64,000 nt of DNA from Candidatus Doudnabacteria bacterium. GTDB taxonomy: Bacteria; Patescibacteriota; Dojkabacteria; J137; JAEUSD01. Numbering within the stretch: position 1 is the first letter of the stretch; each line of letters begins with the position of its first letter. Location: positions 757 to 64,756 of the forward strand of contig JAEUSD010000003.1 in the NCBI GenBank assembly GCA_016788825.1, in the 5' to 3' direction. The position numbers and the translations under genes are program-made. A model generated the notes under the pieces. That model was not told where the DNA came from, did no database searches, and was given only the letters and a program-made list of their open reading frames with translations. Of this stretch, positions 9,174-18,377 are shown in pieces.

Positions 9174-10358
9174 ATGCTAATTCACGCTGACCCACTACAC
9201 CTGTTACAGAAAGACTTGCAAATTTTGCTTGGTCACCTGCAAAATAAGCGCGAAGAACTTAAGTTCGAACAGGCACATCGAGATACAATTTTGGAATCAA
9301 TTGACGACGGAATAGCTGTTTTGGATGAACGTGACTTGATCCAATACCTGAACAAAAAATTCGCATCCATGTTTGGCACATTGTCCGACGGCTGGAATGG
9401 AATGCACATCTCCAAACTTTACAATTTTTTACTCGATCAAGGCCAGGTTGCAGATGTCGGTAAACTCTCAAGTGTTTACTATTCTGTATTGGGTAAGCGC
9501 AATCTAATCGCTGACCGCTGCGAAATCATTCTCAAGAAAGAGCAAACCAAGTACATCAATGTTTATACGGGGCCAGTGAGCCATCCCGAAAAGGTTTACC
9601 TAGGGAGAGTTTGGAAATTTCAAGATGTGAGCCAAGAGAAGGAGCTGGCGCAAATGCGAATGGAATTCTTGTCGCTCGCTTCTCACCAGCTCCGCACGCC
9701 TTTGACGGCGATCTGGGGGTACTTGAAGATGATCGATGGAGGAGATTTCGGTGATATCCCAGATAAGCTCCAGAAGCCAATTGGTGTGCTGATGCACTCT
9801 ACAAATAAGATGCGCGACCTCATCAATGATTTGTTGGATGTGTCGCGCCTCGAGTCTGGCAAGCTTGTGCCGAAGATTGAGAGGATTGACCTGGGGCAAA
9901 TAATTTCAGATGAAGTTGAGACACAAGGTTCCACAGCGGGGCTAAAGTCTCTTCAGGTGGAACTGATTCCTCATGGAGATACTGTGTTGATGTCTGATGC
10001 AAGTCTGGTCAAAGAGATGGTGAAGAATTATTTGAGCAACGCGATAAAGTATTCCAAGCCAAACGGAGTAATTGTAATTCACACCTCAAAGGTGGGCAAA
10101 GACGTTTACCGTGTTGCTGTAAAAGACCAGGGAATAGGTATCCCGGCTGATCAGCAAGTACATTTGTTTGAAAAGTTCTATCGTGCTGACAATGTATCGA
10201 CCTCCGAGTACGAAGGTACCGGTTTGGGACTGTATTTTGTAAAGCAATGTGCAGCTGCCTTGGGTGGAAGAGTTGGATTTCATTCGCAAGAACACCAAGG
10301 CAGCGAGTTCTGGTTTGATATCCCATCTGCCTCACAAAGTGATCTAAATATTAATTAA
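9174..10358 (+). CDS. Soluble sensor histidine kinase (PAS - HisKA - HATPase_c; no TM segment)
   Basis: 394 aa with an N-terminal PAS-like region (ILESIDDGIAVLDERDLIQYLNKKF), an H-box (LASHQLRTPLTAIWGYLKM) and N/G1/G2 ATPase boxes (NAIKYS, DQGIGIP, GTGLGL). No hydrophobic helices. Confidence 0.85.
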   Translation: MLIHADPLHLLQKDLQILLGHLQNKREELKFEQAHRDTILESIDDGIAVLDERDLIQYLNKKFASMFGTLSDGWNGMHISKLYNFLLDQGQVADVGKLSSVYYSVLGKRNLIADRCEIILKKEQTKYINVYTGPVSHPEKVYLGRVWKFQDVSQEKELAQMRMEFLSLASHQLRTPLTAIWGYLKMIDGGDFGDIPDKLQKPIGVLMHSTNKMRDLINDLLDVSRLESGKLVPKIERIDLGQIISDEVETQGSTAGLKSLQVELIPHGDTVLMSDASLVKEMVKNYLSNAIKYSKPNGVIVIHTSKVGKDVYRVAVKDQGIGIPADQQVHLFEKFYRADNVSTSEYEGTGLGLYFVKQCAAALGGRVGFHSQEHQGSEFWFDIPSASQSDLNIN

Positions 10359-10365
10359 TTGTCTT

Positions 10366-13300
10366 ATGTTGAAGAAAGTCATAGTGTCAGTATTTTTTGT
10401 CGGCCTGGTTGCTCTAATAACCACGGCCAATGCCAATGCCCAGGCCGAGATTGTGCCTGCGCGCACGTTGAGTATTGCAAAGACGGTTAACCGGACCTCA
10501 GTAGAGGTCGATAGCGACAACAACCGCTGGACTTACAGCATCCGTGCGCACAACGAAGCTAGTTGCACAGTGCCCATCAACGCAGCGGTGGTATTTGATC
10601 GTTCAGGGAGTATGGATGATGATGGCTTGAACCCACCTCAACCACTTACAAATGCCAAGATTGCTGTCGGTGCGTTTTTGGATGCAATGAACCCCACAAA
10701 GGATAAAATTGGGATAGTTAGTTATAGCGATGATGCACGGGTTGATAGCTACCTAACAAATGATTTTGCAAGTCTAAAGGGCGTAGTTGCCGGTTTAAAT
10801 CCAAACGGGTTTACAAATATCGCAGATGGGATCAATAAGGGGATCGAAGTGGTACAAGGTAGTGCGAATCCTATTATAGTTGTATTTACAGATGGTGTAG
10901 CTAATCGTCCAGGGAGTGTGGCAAATGCGCGTGCTCAAGCACTCAACGCTGCAAGCACTGCTAAGTCACAAGGAATTCAAGTTTTGGCGATTGGACTCGG
11001 CAAAGCTGCTGATTTGGATCTCCTGACCCAGATCGCGTCACCAGGCATGTTTTATTATGCCCCAGATAGCTTAGCTCTGATTGAGATCTTTGCTGCCTTG
11101 GCCAAGTCTTTGCAAGGGATTTCTCCAAGTACGGTAATTCAAGATGATATTACACCCTTACTGTCTGCAGGTAAGCTAGTTGATGCCGGTGGTGGTACCT
11201 TAGCCAACAATGTGGTGAACTGGTATTTGGGGGATTTGGTGTGTGGGGAAACTCGTGAGGTTGGATTTACGATGGAGGCAATGTGTCCCGTATCTTCAAC
11301 TGGCAATTATCTCAACCAAGCAAGCGTTTTTTCGAAAGTACAATCAACAGTAGTGTCAAATCAGGTAGGGGTTGATATTTTGGCACCCAACGTATCAGCT
11401 AGCTTGAGTCATGCTGGTACTTTGTTCCAACCAGGAGCTGAGCTCACTTTCAGTGTGGTATTAACTAATAATGGTTCTGGTCAAGCTCGCAATGTGAGGG
11501 CTGTTGCTACCTTGCCTGAATTCTTAACTCCAACTACAAACCTTGATTGGACTGTGTTCTTGGCGGCTGGCGAAACGAAGGAACTCCAGTTTAGGGCAGT
11601 TGTAAATGCAAACATTCCAGATGGTTATACCACCACTTACGTCACCTTAAATACGAGCTACTTGTGTGGCAGCTTGGAGGCATCTGATGCTGTGCAGTTG
11701 TATAAGTTTACGCCTCCAGCTCCTGACTATGATGTATACGCATACTGTGTAGAGCAGAAGGGCGATAAGAAGTTTGTTTATCTGGGGTATGACAATCGTC
11801 TGAATGTAACCCAAGAACTTACAACAAGTGAATTTGTGCCGAGCGTAGGCAGCAGTCTACCCCTAAAATCTCTTTTGCCAGGCAAAAAAGACAAGGCACA
11901 AGTTGTAACCTTACCCGTAGATATGGCTGAGTTTACTTGGCACACAGTGGCAAATGACTATGCAAAACAAGCCAAAATGGATGGCAACACTCCAAACTGT
12001 GCGGATTTGGTGATATCTGTGCCGCCGATTACAACACTTCCGCCAATTGACACTATTGTAGGTACTCCCATTGTCGATCTACCTGCATCACCAGATGTGA
12101 CCAATTTCCCTCCGACTGTGAGCATCGCAAATCTGGACACTGCAGGTGTATGCACAGAAAAACGTGCATACCTAAATTCTTGTGATATATTTGATCGAGA
12201 CGGACAAATAGTTGCTGCGCAGTATTCATTAGATGCGGGGAATACATGGTACCCAATAACAGAAATTACAAACCTAGGCCAGAGTGCAGCGAGCTGCAAA
12301 GTGATAACTGTGCCCCTACACGACGGGAATTATGACCTGCGTGTGAGGGCGTTTGATAACAACGGCAATGTCGCTTCATCGAACAATATTAAGTTCAATG
12401 TTGACTGCCAAGGGATCGTGATCGGCTCTTCTCAATTCAACCAACGGGGTATCTTGTCCCCGATGAACAACAGTGGAACTGTGCAATCATATTTGCATGA
12501 ACAGCAGTACATGGCGATCGACATTGCCGGTGGTCCGGATAAAGTAATTGTGCGTACAGAGAAGCCTGAGTACAAGCGTGAGTTTGAACTGAAGTACAAT
12601 ACTCATTTGGAGCTGTGGGAGGGTAATCTGGAGTTCAACGAGCCTGGCGTGTACGATCTACTTGTGATCGCGAGCGAAGCGAGCGGGCTATCCACTCAAC
12701 GTTATACGAACAGTGTTGAGGTAATCCGTCCAGGACGAGTCATCGATGAATTGGGAAGGGCCGTGGATGGTAGCAAATTATCGATTTTCTATCGCCCAAA
12801 CAAATATTCTGACTGGCAGATATGGAATGGAGGCGTGTTCCGCCGCGAGAACCCTGTAGTCATAGCAGACAATGCAATTGATTTGGTGTTTGAACCTGGA
12901 AATTACTACTTAGTGGCTGAGAATGCGGGTTACTTTGCTACAGTGACAAAAGAATTTGAGGTGACGGAGTACAGCTTTCTGACTTCGGATATCACAATGT
13001 TCTCTCAGGCAAACATTTTCTCTTGGTTCGATAGCCAAGCTTACCCTGTGAGTGTAACCAGTATTCAAGATTGGTACAGTCCTGGTTTAAAGAAGCTTTT
13101 GCAGGAACAGCTACCAAATATTTCTCTCTCAAATGGGGAAAAGACCTTAACTGGGCAAGATATTATTGATTCTCATAAGCTGACCGTGTTGGCTACCTGG
13201 ACAGACTGGGATACTCCTTCGAGTGCCCAGTGGCAAAATATTATGAAGCTTTTTGCAACGAAGCCTGAGGATGTTGAACTCTTGGCGGTTGGGCTGTTGG

Positions 13301-13530
13301 AGGGGCGAGAAGAGAATGAGTCGGTTGTAAACCGCGGAGAGTACAAATTCCCGATATTTAAGCCTGTCGATCTTGGTTTCTTTGACAATCTTCAGATTGT
13401 TAGTGCGCCACAATATTATTTGATAGATCAAACAGGAACAATTCGCGATATTAAAGTCGGTCCAATTTTGCCGGAGCAGTTGTGGGCTTTTGTGGACCAA
13501 ATGAGATTAGATCACAATTCACAGGAATAG
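10366..13530 (+). CDS. Large secreted von Willebrand factor A (VWA) domain protein
   Basis: 1054 aa with a signal peptide (VFFVGLVALITTANANAQA) and a VWA MIDAS motif (VVFDRSGSMDD...FTDG). The rest is long and beta-rich with scattered Cys. The start lies 7 nt after the HK stop. Confidence 0.75.
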   Translation: MLKKVIVSVFFVGLVALITTANANAQAEIVPARTLSIAKTVNRTSVEVDSDNNRWTYSIRAHNEASCTVPINAAVVFDRSGSMDDDGLNPPQPLTNAKIAVGAFLDAMNPTKDKIGIVSYSDDARVDSYLTNDFASLKGVVAGLNPNGFTNIADGINKGIEVVQGSANPIIVVFTDGVANRPGSVANARAQALNAASTAKSQGIQVLAIGLGKAADLDLLTQIASPGMFYYAPDSLALIEIFAALAKSLQGISPSTVIQDDITPLLSAGKLVDAGGGTLANNVVNWYLGDLVCGETREVGFTMEAMCPVSSTGNYLNQASVFSKVQSTVVSNQVGVDILAPNVSASLSHAGTLFQPGAELTFSVVLTNNGSGQARNVRAVATLPEFLTPTTNLDWTVFLAAGETKELQFRAVVNANIPDGYTTTYVTLNTSYLCGSLEASDAVQLYKFTPPAPDYDVYAYCVEQKGDKKFVYLGYDNRLNVTQELTTSEFVPSVGSSLPLKSLLPGKKDKAQVVTLPVDMAEFTWHTVANDYAKQAKMDGNTPNCADLVISVPPITTLPPIDTIVGTPIVDLPASPDVTNFPPTVSIANLDTAGVCTEKRAYLNSCDIFDRDGQIVAAQYSLDAGNTWYPITEITNLGQSAASCKVITVPLHDGNYDLRVRAFDNNGNVASSNNIKFNVDCQGIVIGSSQFNQRGILSPMNNSGTVQSYLHEQQYMAIDIAGGPDKVIVRTEKPEYKREFELKYNTHLELWEGNLEFNEPGVYDLLVIASEASGLSTQRYTNSVEVIRPGRVIDELGRAVDGSKLSIFYRPNKYSDWQIWNGGVFRRENPVVIADNAIDLVFEPGNYYLVAENAGYFATVTKEFEVTEYSFLTSDITMFSQANIFSWFDSQAYPVSVTSIQDWYSPGLKKLLQEQLPNISLSNGEKTLTGQDIIDSHKLTVLATWTDWDTPSSAQWQNIMKLFATKPEDVELLAVGLLEGREENESVVNRGEYKFPIFKPVDLGFFDNLQIVSAPQYYLIDQTGTIRDIKVGPILPEQLWAFVDQMRLDHNSQE

Positions 13531-13561
13531 GGTAGCAGTCATAAGTAACGGGGCTGCTACC
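13531..13561 (+). terminator. Hairpin after the VWA gene (weak or partial terminator)
   Basis: Inverted repeat ggtagcag...(15-nt loop)...ctgctacc directly after the TAG stop, followed by tacttt and a T-run 20 nt later. The weak U-tract probably allows read-through into the next gene. Confidence 0.3.
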
Positions 13562-13583
13562 TACTTTAATTAATTATTATTTT

Positions 13584-15182
13584 TTGACTATGCTAAATTT
13601 TTGGCTGCAAAACCTGGCATACGCACTGTATGTGATAACTGGTTTTGGATTTATTGCGATGGCTTGGCTCAATCTTGATGCCTATCGTTTGCACAGAAGT
13701 AAAGTGGACTTTGCAAAGGCTATCGGTTTTGGGTTGGTGGGATTGGGGATTATTCTCCGCATATTTGCAAACACAGGTGACTTTATGTTTGCCTTTAGTG
13801 TGGCTGTAATTGCCATGGGACTGTTGGCTCTGGTGATTGCCACCCACAAAGAGAAGATCTTGCCTTCCAAGCTATCAGATCTGCTGCCAAATCAAATCGG
13901 TGGCAATTCACAATCTCAAACCTTACCTGCTGTAGCTTTCTCTGCGGTGCTGCTTTTGCCTGTAGTGAATGTGATCTTGTCCTCTGGGCTAGCGATTCAA
14001 CTTTACCGCAGAGTTAGTCTGGGAAAAATGAAGGAGTACAAAGCTTTGGTATGGGTGTTTGGGCTATTTGCTCTCGCAGAAGCTTTGTTCGCTAGTTACT
14101 TTTTAGCAGGTAGTGATGTGATCTTGTTGCAACAAATCTTCGGTAAGTATTCTATTGCTTGGTTGGTAATGCATTTGTGTTATGTCGGTATGGTTGTAAT
14201 GACTATTCGCTGGATCTGGAGGTACATCACTTTCCGCGTGAAGCCGGAATTATTCTTGATGTTCGCTTGTGTATCTGTGGTTGTATCCACACTGGGAGCT
14301 TTGTTGTACTCTGGGTTCTTATTTGGTTCCACACAAGCTGATTTGCTGAATCAAATGCAAAAGAATGCAGGGGTTACTAGCTTTGCAGTTGGTTCATTGA
14401 AAGATAATGCTATTACAGCTGCACGTTTGTTGGCTCAGAACCCGCAGATTCAATCTGCATTACAAGGGAAGGATTACCGCACATTGTTTGAATCTGCGAA
14501 CCTGTATGCACGTGAGCTGGAAAATATTGACTCCGTGATATTTACAGATGACACTGCACAAATATTGGTTCAGACAGACAATCAATCGAAAGTCGGGCAG
14601 AGTTTGAGCAATGATGAGTTGGTAGTTTTTAGCTTAAAGCAAAACGAAGAGCGTACAAGCATCAAAAAAGACACTGGTGTACTCGGTGATGAGATCCAGG
14701 TAATTGCTGTTCACCCCGTAGTGACTGCACAAGGTGCGGTAAGTGGCAGCATCAAGATTTCTTATGTGATTGATGATGCTTTTGTGGATAAATTGAAGGT
14801 GCAAACAGGAATGGAAGTCGCTTTGTATGCTGACGACAGACGCGCCGCGACCACATTACTTGCTCCGGATGGATTGACGCGGCGCGAAAATACTTTAGAT
14901 GTGAACGCCGAAGTGGTAGAAAAAGTTTTGAAGCAAGGGCAAGATTATGCTGGTCTGGTAACTGTGATCAACGATCCATACTATGCGGCCTATACCCCTT
15001 TGCGAAACACAAATAACGAAGTGATTGGGATGATCTTTGTGGGTCGTCCACAACAGATTGTGTTGGATGCGATTGCTGCTTCAATGATGAACACATTCCT
15101 GGTAGCTGTCCTACTTTCTCTATTGGCTATGTACCCTGCATACTTGGTAGCAAGGTCACTGGAGAAGAATTACAAAGTTTAG
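13584..15182 (+). CDS. Polytopic membrane protein with an extracytoplasmic sensor-like domain (kinase-less sensor module)
   Basis: 532 aa with about 7 N-terminal TM helices, a soluble domain of about 250 aa and a final TM helix (FLVAVLLSLLAMYPAYLVA). It ends 9 residues later. No HisKA/HATPase is present. The architecture is that of the input half of a membrane HK. Confidence 0.5.
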   Translation: MTMLNFWLQNLAYALYVITGFGFIAMAWLNLDAYRLHRSKVDFAKAIGFGLVGLGIILRIFANTGDFMFAFSVAVIAMGLLALVIATHKEKILPSKLSDLLPNQIGGNSQSQTLPAVAFSAVLLLPVVNVILSSGLAIQLYRRVSLGKMKEYKALVWVFGLFALAEALFASYFLAGSDVILLQQIFGKYSIAWLVMHLCYVGMVVMTIRWIWRYITFRVKPELFLMFACVSVVVSTLGALLYSGFLFGSTQADLLNQMQKNAGVTSFAVGSLKDNAITAARLLAQNPQIQSALQGKDYRTLFESANLYARELENIDSVIFTDDTAQILVQTDNQSKVGQSLSNDELVVFSLKQNEERTSIKKDTGVLGDEIQVIAVHPVVTAQGAVSGSIKISYVIDDAFVDKLKVQTGMEVALYADDRRAATTLLAPDGLTRRENTLDVNAEVVEKVLKQGQDYAGLVTVINDPYYAAYTPLRNTNNEVIGMIFVGRPQQIVLDAIAASMMNTFLVAVLLSLLAMYPAYLVARSLEKNYKV

Positions 15183-15212
15183 AGTTAATAAATTATTTTT
15201 TACTAATGTGCT

Positions 15213-15638
15213 ATGCAAAACTCTAGCCTAAAAGACATAGTCATTGTCCTTGTGGAGGATGACGATACACTGTGCCGCATGTACCAAACAAAATTGGAAT
15301 CCGATGGATTCACAGTTTTCACTGCCAATAACGGAGCTGATGGTTTCAAGCTGATTGAGGAACACAAGCCTGCGATTGTGCTATGCGATATCATGATGCC
15401 AGGTACAAATGGCTTACAATTGTTGCAGATGAAGAGTGCGAGTCATGATGAGGCTGTAAGGTCTATCCCTGTGATCATGCTGACAAATCTGACTGAAGAG
15501 GAGTACAAGCTCAAAGCTGAAGAGTTGGGAGCAATTCATTTCTTCTACAAGGGTCAAGACGAACCACGTAATGTGGTGATCAAGATCAAAGAGGTGTTGG
15601 GGCTTACATCTGTGGAGGCAACTGCTGAAGCGGCGTAA
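15213..15638 (+). CDS. Single-domain response regulator (CheY-like receiver)
   Basis: 141 aa with an acidic pocket (LVEDDD) and the phosphoacceptor context VLCDIMMPGTNG. No output domain. Confidence 0.85.
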   Translation: MQNSSLKDIVIVLVEDDDTLCRMYQTKLESDGFTVFTANNGADGFKLIEEHKPAIVLCDIMMPGTNGLQLLQMKSASHDEAVRSIPVIMLTNLTEEEYKLKAEELGAIHFFYKGQDEPRNVVIKIKEVLGLTSVEATAEAA

Positions 15639-15654
15639 AATCTGCTATGATTCT

Positions 15655-15696
15655 GATGCCGACCTGATTGAGGAAGTCAGGTCGGCATCTTTTTTT
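15655..15696 (+). terminator. Rho-independent terminator closing the HK-VWA-sensor-RR gene set
   Basis: gatgccgacctga-ttgaggaag-tcaggtcggcatc, followed by ttttttt. Confidence 0.8.
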
Positions 15697-15711
15697 GCGC
15701 TAAAATAACTT

Positions 15712-16886
15712 ATGGCGAAGAAAAATATTTTTGAAGGGATTCAACCAGATGCTGTGCCGCGCTGTCCGTATTTCGGAATTTGCGGAGGTTGCTCGGCACA
15801 AGACATCAGCTACGAGCGCCAGCTCGTAGCTAAGCTCAGCTTTGTGAAGAAGCAGCTAGGTGAGCTGGTTGAGAACCTCGACCTTCAGATCACTGGCGCT
15901 CCTGATCCTTACGAATATAGAACTCGGATGGATTACGTGACTGTGGAGGACCCGATCAAGGAGCCCAACATTCGCATGGGTTTACGTAAGAAAGGGCATT
16001 TTAACCACGTGGTAGATTTGCACGAATGCCATTTGATCAAGTTAGAAACTTTCCAAAAGATACGCCAAATCTTCGAATCTATTTCAGAGCAAAAGTATGA
16101 TCTTTATCGTCGCACACGGGCTGGTTGCGTTACTTGGTTGTGCGGACGCACGGTGATAGCCACATGTTGTCTGTGGTGACTGCGAGCCACGAGCACTCGG
16201 AATCAATGGCGGAGATCGCCAAACAGGCTTTAGAACTGGGTTTTACCTCGGTTTATTGGTTACTTAACGATACAGTGACTGACGACTCTAAAGGTGAGGT
16301 TGTCCAGTACTGGGGAGAGCAATATTTGAAAGTTAAAGTGGGAGACAAATTGAGTTTGAATATTGGCCCAAATAATTTTTGTCAGAATAACATTGAGGTG
16401 TTTGAGGAAATTTTGAGCTATGTTGACGAACACTTAGCAAGAAATGATTTATTTACCGGCAAACTTTATGATCTCTACGCTGGTGTAGGGGCTATTGGTT
16501 TGTATTTTGCTCAGAAATTTGAACAAGTTTATGCATGTGAGCTGGATGCGCAGAGTGTGGAGTTGGCGAGGTTGAATGCAGTTGAAAATGGAATCAGCAA
16601 TTACGAAATTGTGGCCGCTGACGCGACCACCCTCGGCGCGCTAGCAACCCCTGACGTAGTGATTGTCGACCCCCCGCGCGCCGGACTTCTCCCCCGCGGA
16701 GTAGAAGAAGTCCTCTCCCTGGGTGCCAAAAGTCTAGTATATATCTCTTGCAATCCAACCACCCAGGCACAAGACTTGGCGGCCCTGTCCTCACAATACA
16801 AGATCGTTTCGGCCAGGGCCTTCGACATGTTCCCCCAAACCCCGCACGTGGAAAATGTAGTGATACTGGAGCCAATTAACGACTAA
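15712..16886 (+). pseudogene. rlmD: 23S rRNA (uracil-5)-methyltransferase RlmD/RumA-like, interrupted by a frameshift near 16117-16124
   Basis: The N-terminal part (15712..16179, frame 1) carries the Fe-S Cys cluster CPYFGICGGC. The methyltransferase part (16125..16886, frame 3) carries LYDLYAGVGAIGL, VIVDPPRAG and ISCNPTT. The homologous sequence continues across frames at ..YDLYRRT / GWLRYLVVRT near a ggg run. Confidence 0.6.
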
Positions 16887-16889
16887 CGA

Positions 16890-17414
16890 ATGCTAAAAGA
16901 TACTTTTAAATTCCAAACTGATAGATTGGTTATTCGTTTTTACCAAAAAAATGATTACCCTAAATGGAAGCGACTATTATCTGAAATGAAATCTAAGCAA
17001 AATCAGTGGGATTGGGAAGCTGAGGATATTGCGGACTTGACCCCGGAAAGGTACCAAATGAAACTCCGCAAACATAAAGCTGAAAGGCAAGAAGGCCAGG
17101 TGTTTTATTTCTGTGTAGAGGATAGATCTAGTCAAGAGCTTGCGGGGATTGCCTTGATTACTAAGCTTGAAATGGACAATAACTCGGTGGGAATAGGGTT
17201 TCAACTAAACAACCTTTATTGGGGGCAAGGTTTAGGTACAGAGCTTTGCAAAGCCCTGATTGCTATTGCCAGTAGTGCTTTAAAAGCTAGCAAATCTCTC
17301 GCTGAAGTTAATCCCCAGAATAAGGTATCTATGCAGATTTTAAAGAAGGTTGGTTTTAAGCGAATGCATCATTCAGAATCTGGGCGAGAGAGATTCTTGC
17401 TGGAAACAAATTGA
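16890..17414 (+). CDS. GNAT family N-acetyltransferase
   Basis: 174 aa with an acetyl-CoA binding-like segment (WGQGLGTELCKALIAIA) and RimJ/RimL-like size. Confidence 0.65.
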   Translation: MLKDTFKFQTDRLVIRFYQKNDYPKWKRLLSEMKSKQNQWDWEAEDIADLTPERYQMKLRKHKAERQEGQVFYFCVEDRSSQELAGIALITKLEMDNNSVGIGFQLNNLYWGQGLGTELCKALIAIASSALKASKSLAEVNPQNKVSMQILKKVGFKRMHHSESGRERFLLETN

Positions 17415-17468
17415 CACCCCAACTCCCCAAGCACTATTATTAGCTATACGTTTTAATACTTTAATAAC

Positions 17469-18221
17469 ATGACATCTGGTAACACAACCAAAATTACAGT
17501 AGGAGCTTTGTTGGTCGTATTTGGGGCTATCTGGCTAGCCAGTAACTTCGTGCCCGGTTTTGAAATAAACTGGGAATTCATTTGGCCCCTGTTTCTGATC
17601 GTGCCCGGTGTCCTAATGTGGGTAAAATACCTCAGCCAACCAAAGGAAACTCGCAACTTTGCGATCCTGGTTCCAGCTAATACACTTATATTCTTAGGGA
17701 TAACTTTCTATATCAATATTATCGGAAGTGACGTCTTCAAAGTTGAAGGTATCTGGGCTGCGACAGCTTTCTTGTACCCTGGTTCAGTTGCCTTGGCTTT
17801 CTGGGTGACTTACCTCGCCAGCAAAAAAGAAGTCGGCCTACTTATCCCTGCCGGCATTTTATCGATGGTAAGCCTATTCATCTTATGCTCTACTTCAGCA
17901 GTGGCCTTGATCGGCGGGACGGCTACAGAAGAAGTTAACCGTGCATTGTGGCCAATCCTCATAATTTGTCTAGGCTTTTTTGTTTTGCTAAGTCCATTCT
18001 GGGCAGCCGCCTTAAAGCAAGAGCAACGTTGGATGGGGAAGACAGCTCGAGAGTGGGAAAGTTGGAGTAAAGAATTTGGCAAAAAGATGGACCAGTGGGG
18101 GCAAAAGGTGGATACGGCCTTTGAAGAAGGAAGCAAAGCCCCTGAGAAGAATGTCGATGAAGCTGAAATTGTGGAAAAATCTGAACCTATGGCGGACTAT
18201 GGAAAGAAAGAGGATGCATAG
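17469..18221 (+). CDS. Integral membrane protein (about 6 TM) with a charged C-terminal tail
   Basis: 250 aa. The hydrophobic helices run through residue 175. The tail is EQRWMGKTAREWESW...KKEDA. Confidence 0.45.
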   Translation: MTSGNTTKITVGALLVVFGAIWLASNFVPGFEINWEFIWPLFLIVPGVLMWVKYLSQPKETRNFAILVPANTLIFLGITFYINIIGSDVFKVEGIWAATAFLYPGSVALAFWVTYLASKKEVGLLIPAGILSMVSLFILCSTSAVALIGGTATEEVNRALWPILIICLGFFVLLSPFWAAALKQEQRWMGKTAREWESWSKEFGKKMDQWGQKVDTAFEEGSKAPEKNVDEAEIVEKSEPMADYGKKEDA

Positions 18222-18277
18222 TTTTGGCTTGCTTCAGAATGCTTTTGACGATAAAATCCTTGCACAACTTTGTAAAC

Positions 18278-18361
18278 GCCCGGGTGGTGGAATGGTATAC
18301 ACGGCGGACTTAAAATCCGCTGCTCTTAACAAGCTTGTGGGTTCGAGTCCCACCCCGGGTA
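18278..18361 (+). tRNA. tRNA-Leu (anticodon TAA), type II with long variable arm; CCA not encoded
   Basis: Acceptor gcccggg/cccgggt. Anticodon stem gcgga/tccgc with loop cttaaaa. A 17-nt variable arm. T-arm gtggg-ttcgagt-cccac. Confidence 0.85.
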
Positions 18362-18377
18362 AATAACTTTAGCCCCA

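Noticed and set aside
9233-10335. Several 60-108-aa minus-strand ORFs inside the histidine kinase gene
   Set aside because: They are antisense to a well-supported CDS with all kinase motifs. No independent support exists.
11958-12299. 113-aa and 67-aa minus-strand ORFs inside the VWA gene
   Set aside because: They are antisense to a long coherent CDS, so they are spurious.
15203-15394. 63-aa minus-strand ORF overlapping the response-regulator start
   Set aside because: It lies antisense to a CDS with the conserved receiver motifs, so it is spurious.
18076-18366. 96-aa ORF in the ORF track
   Set aside because: It overlaps the tRNA-Leu(TAA) gene and the 3' end of the upstream membrane protein gene. 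It has no motif and is spurious.
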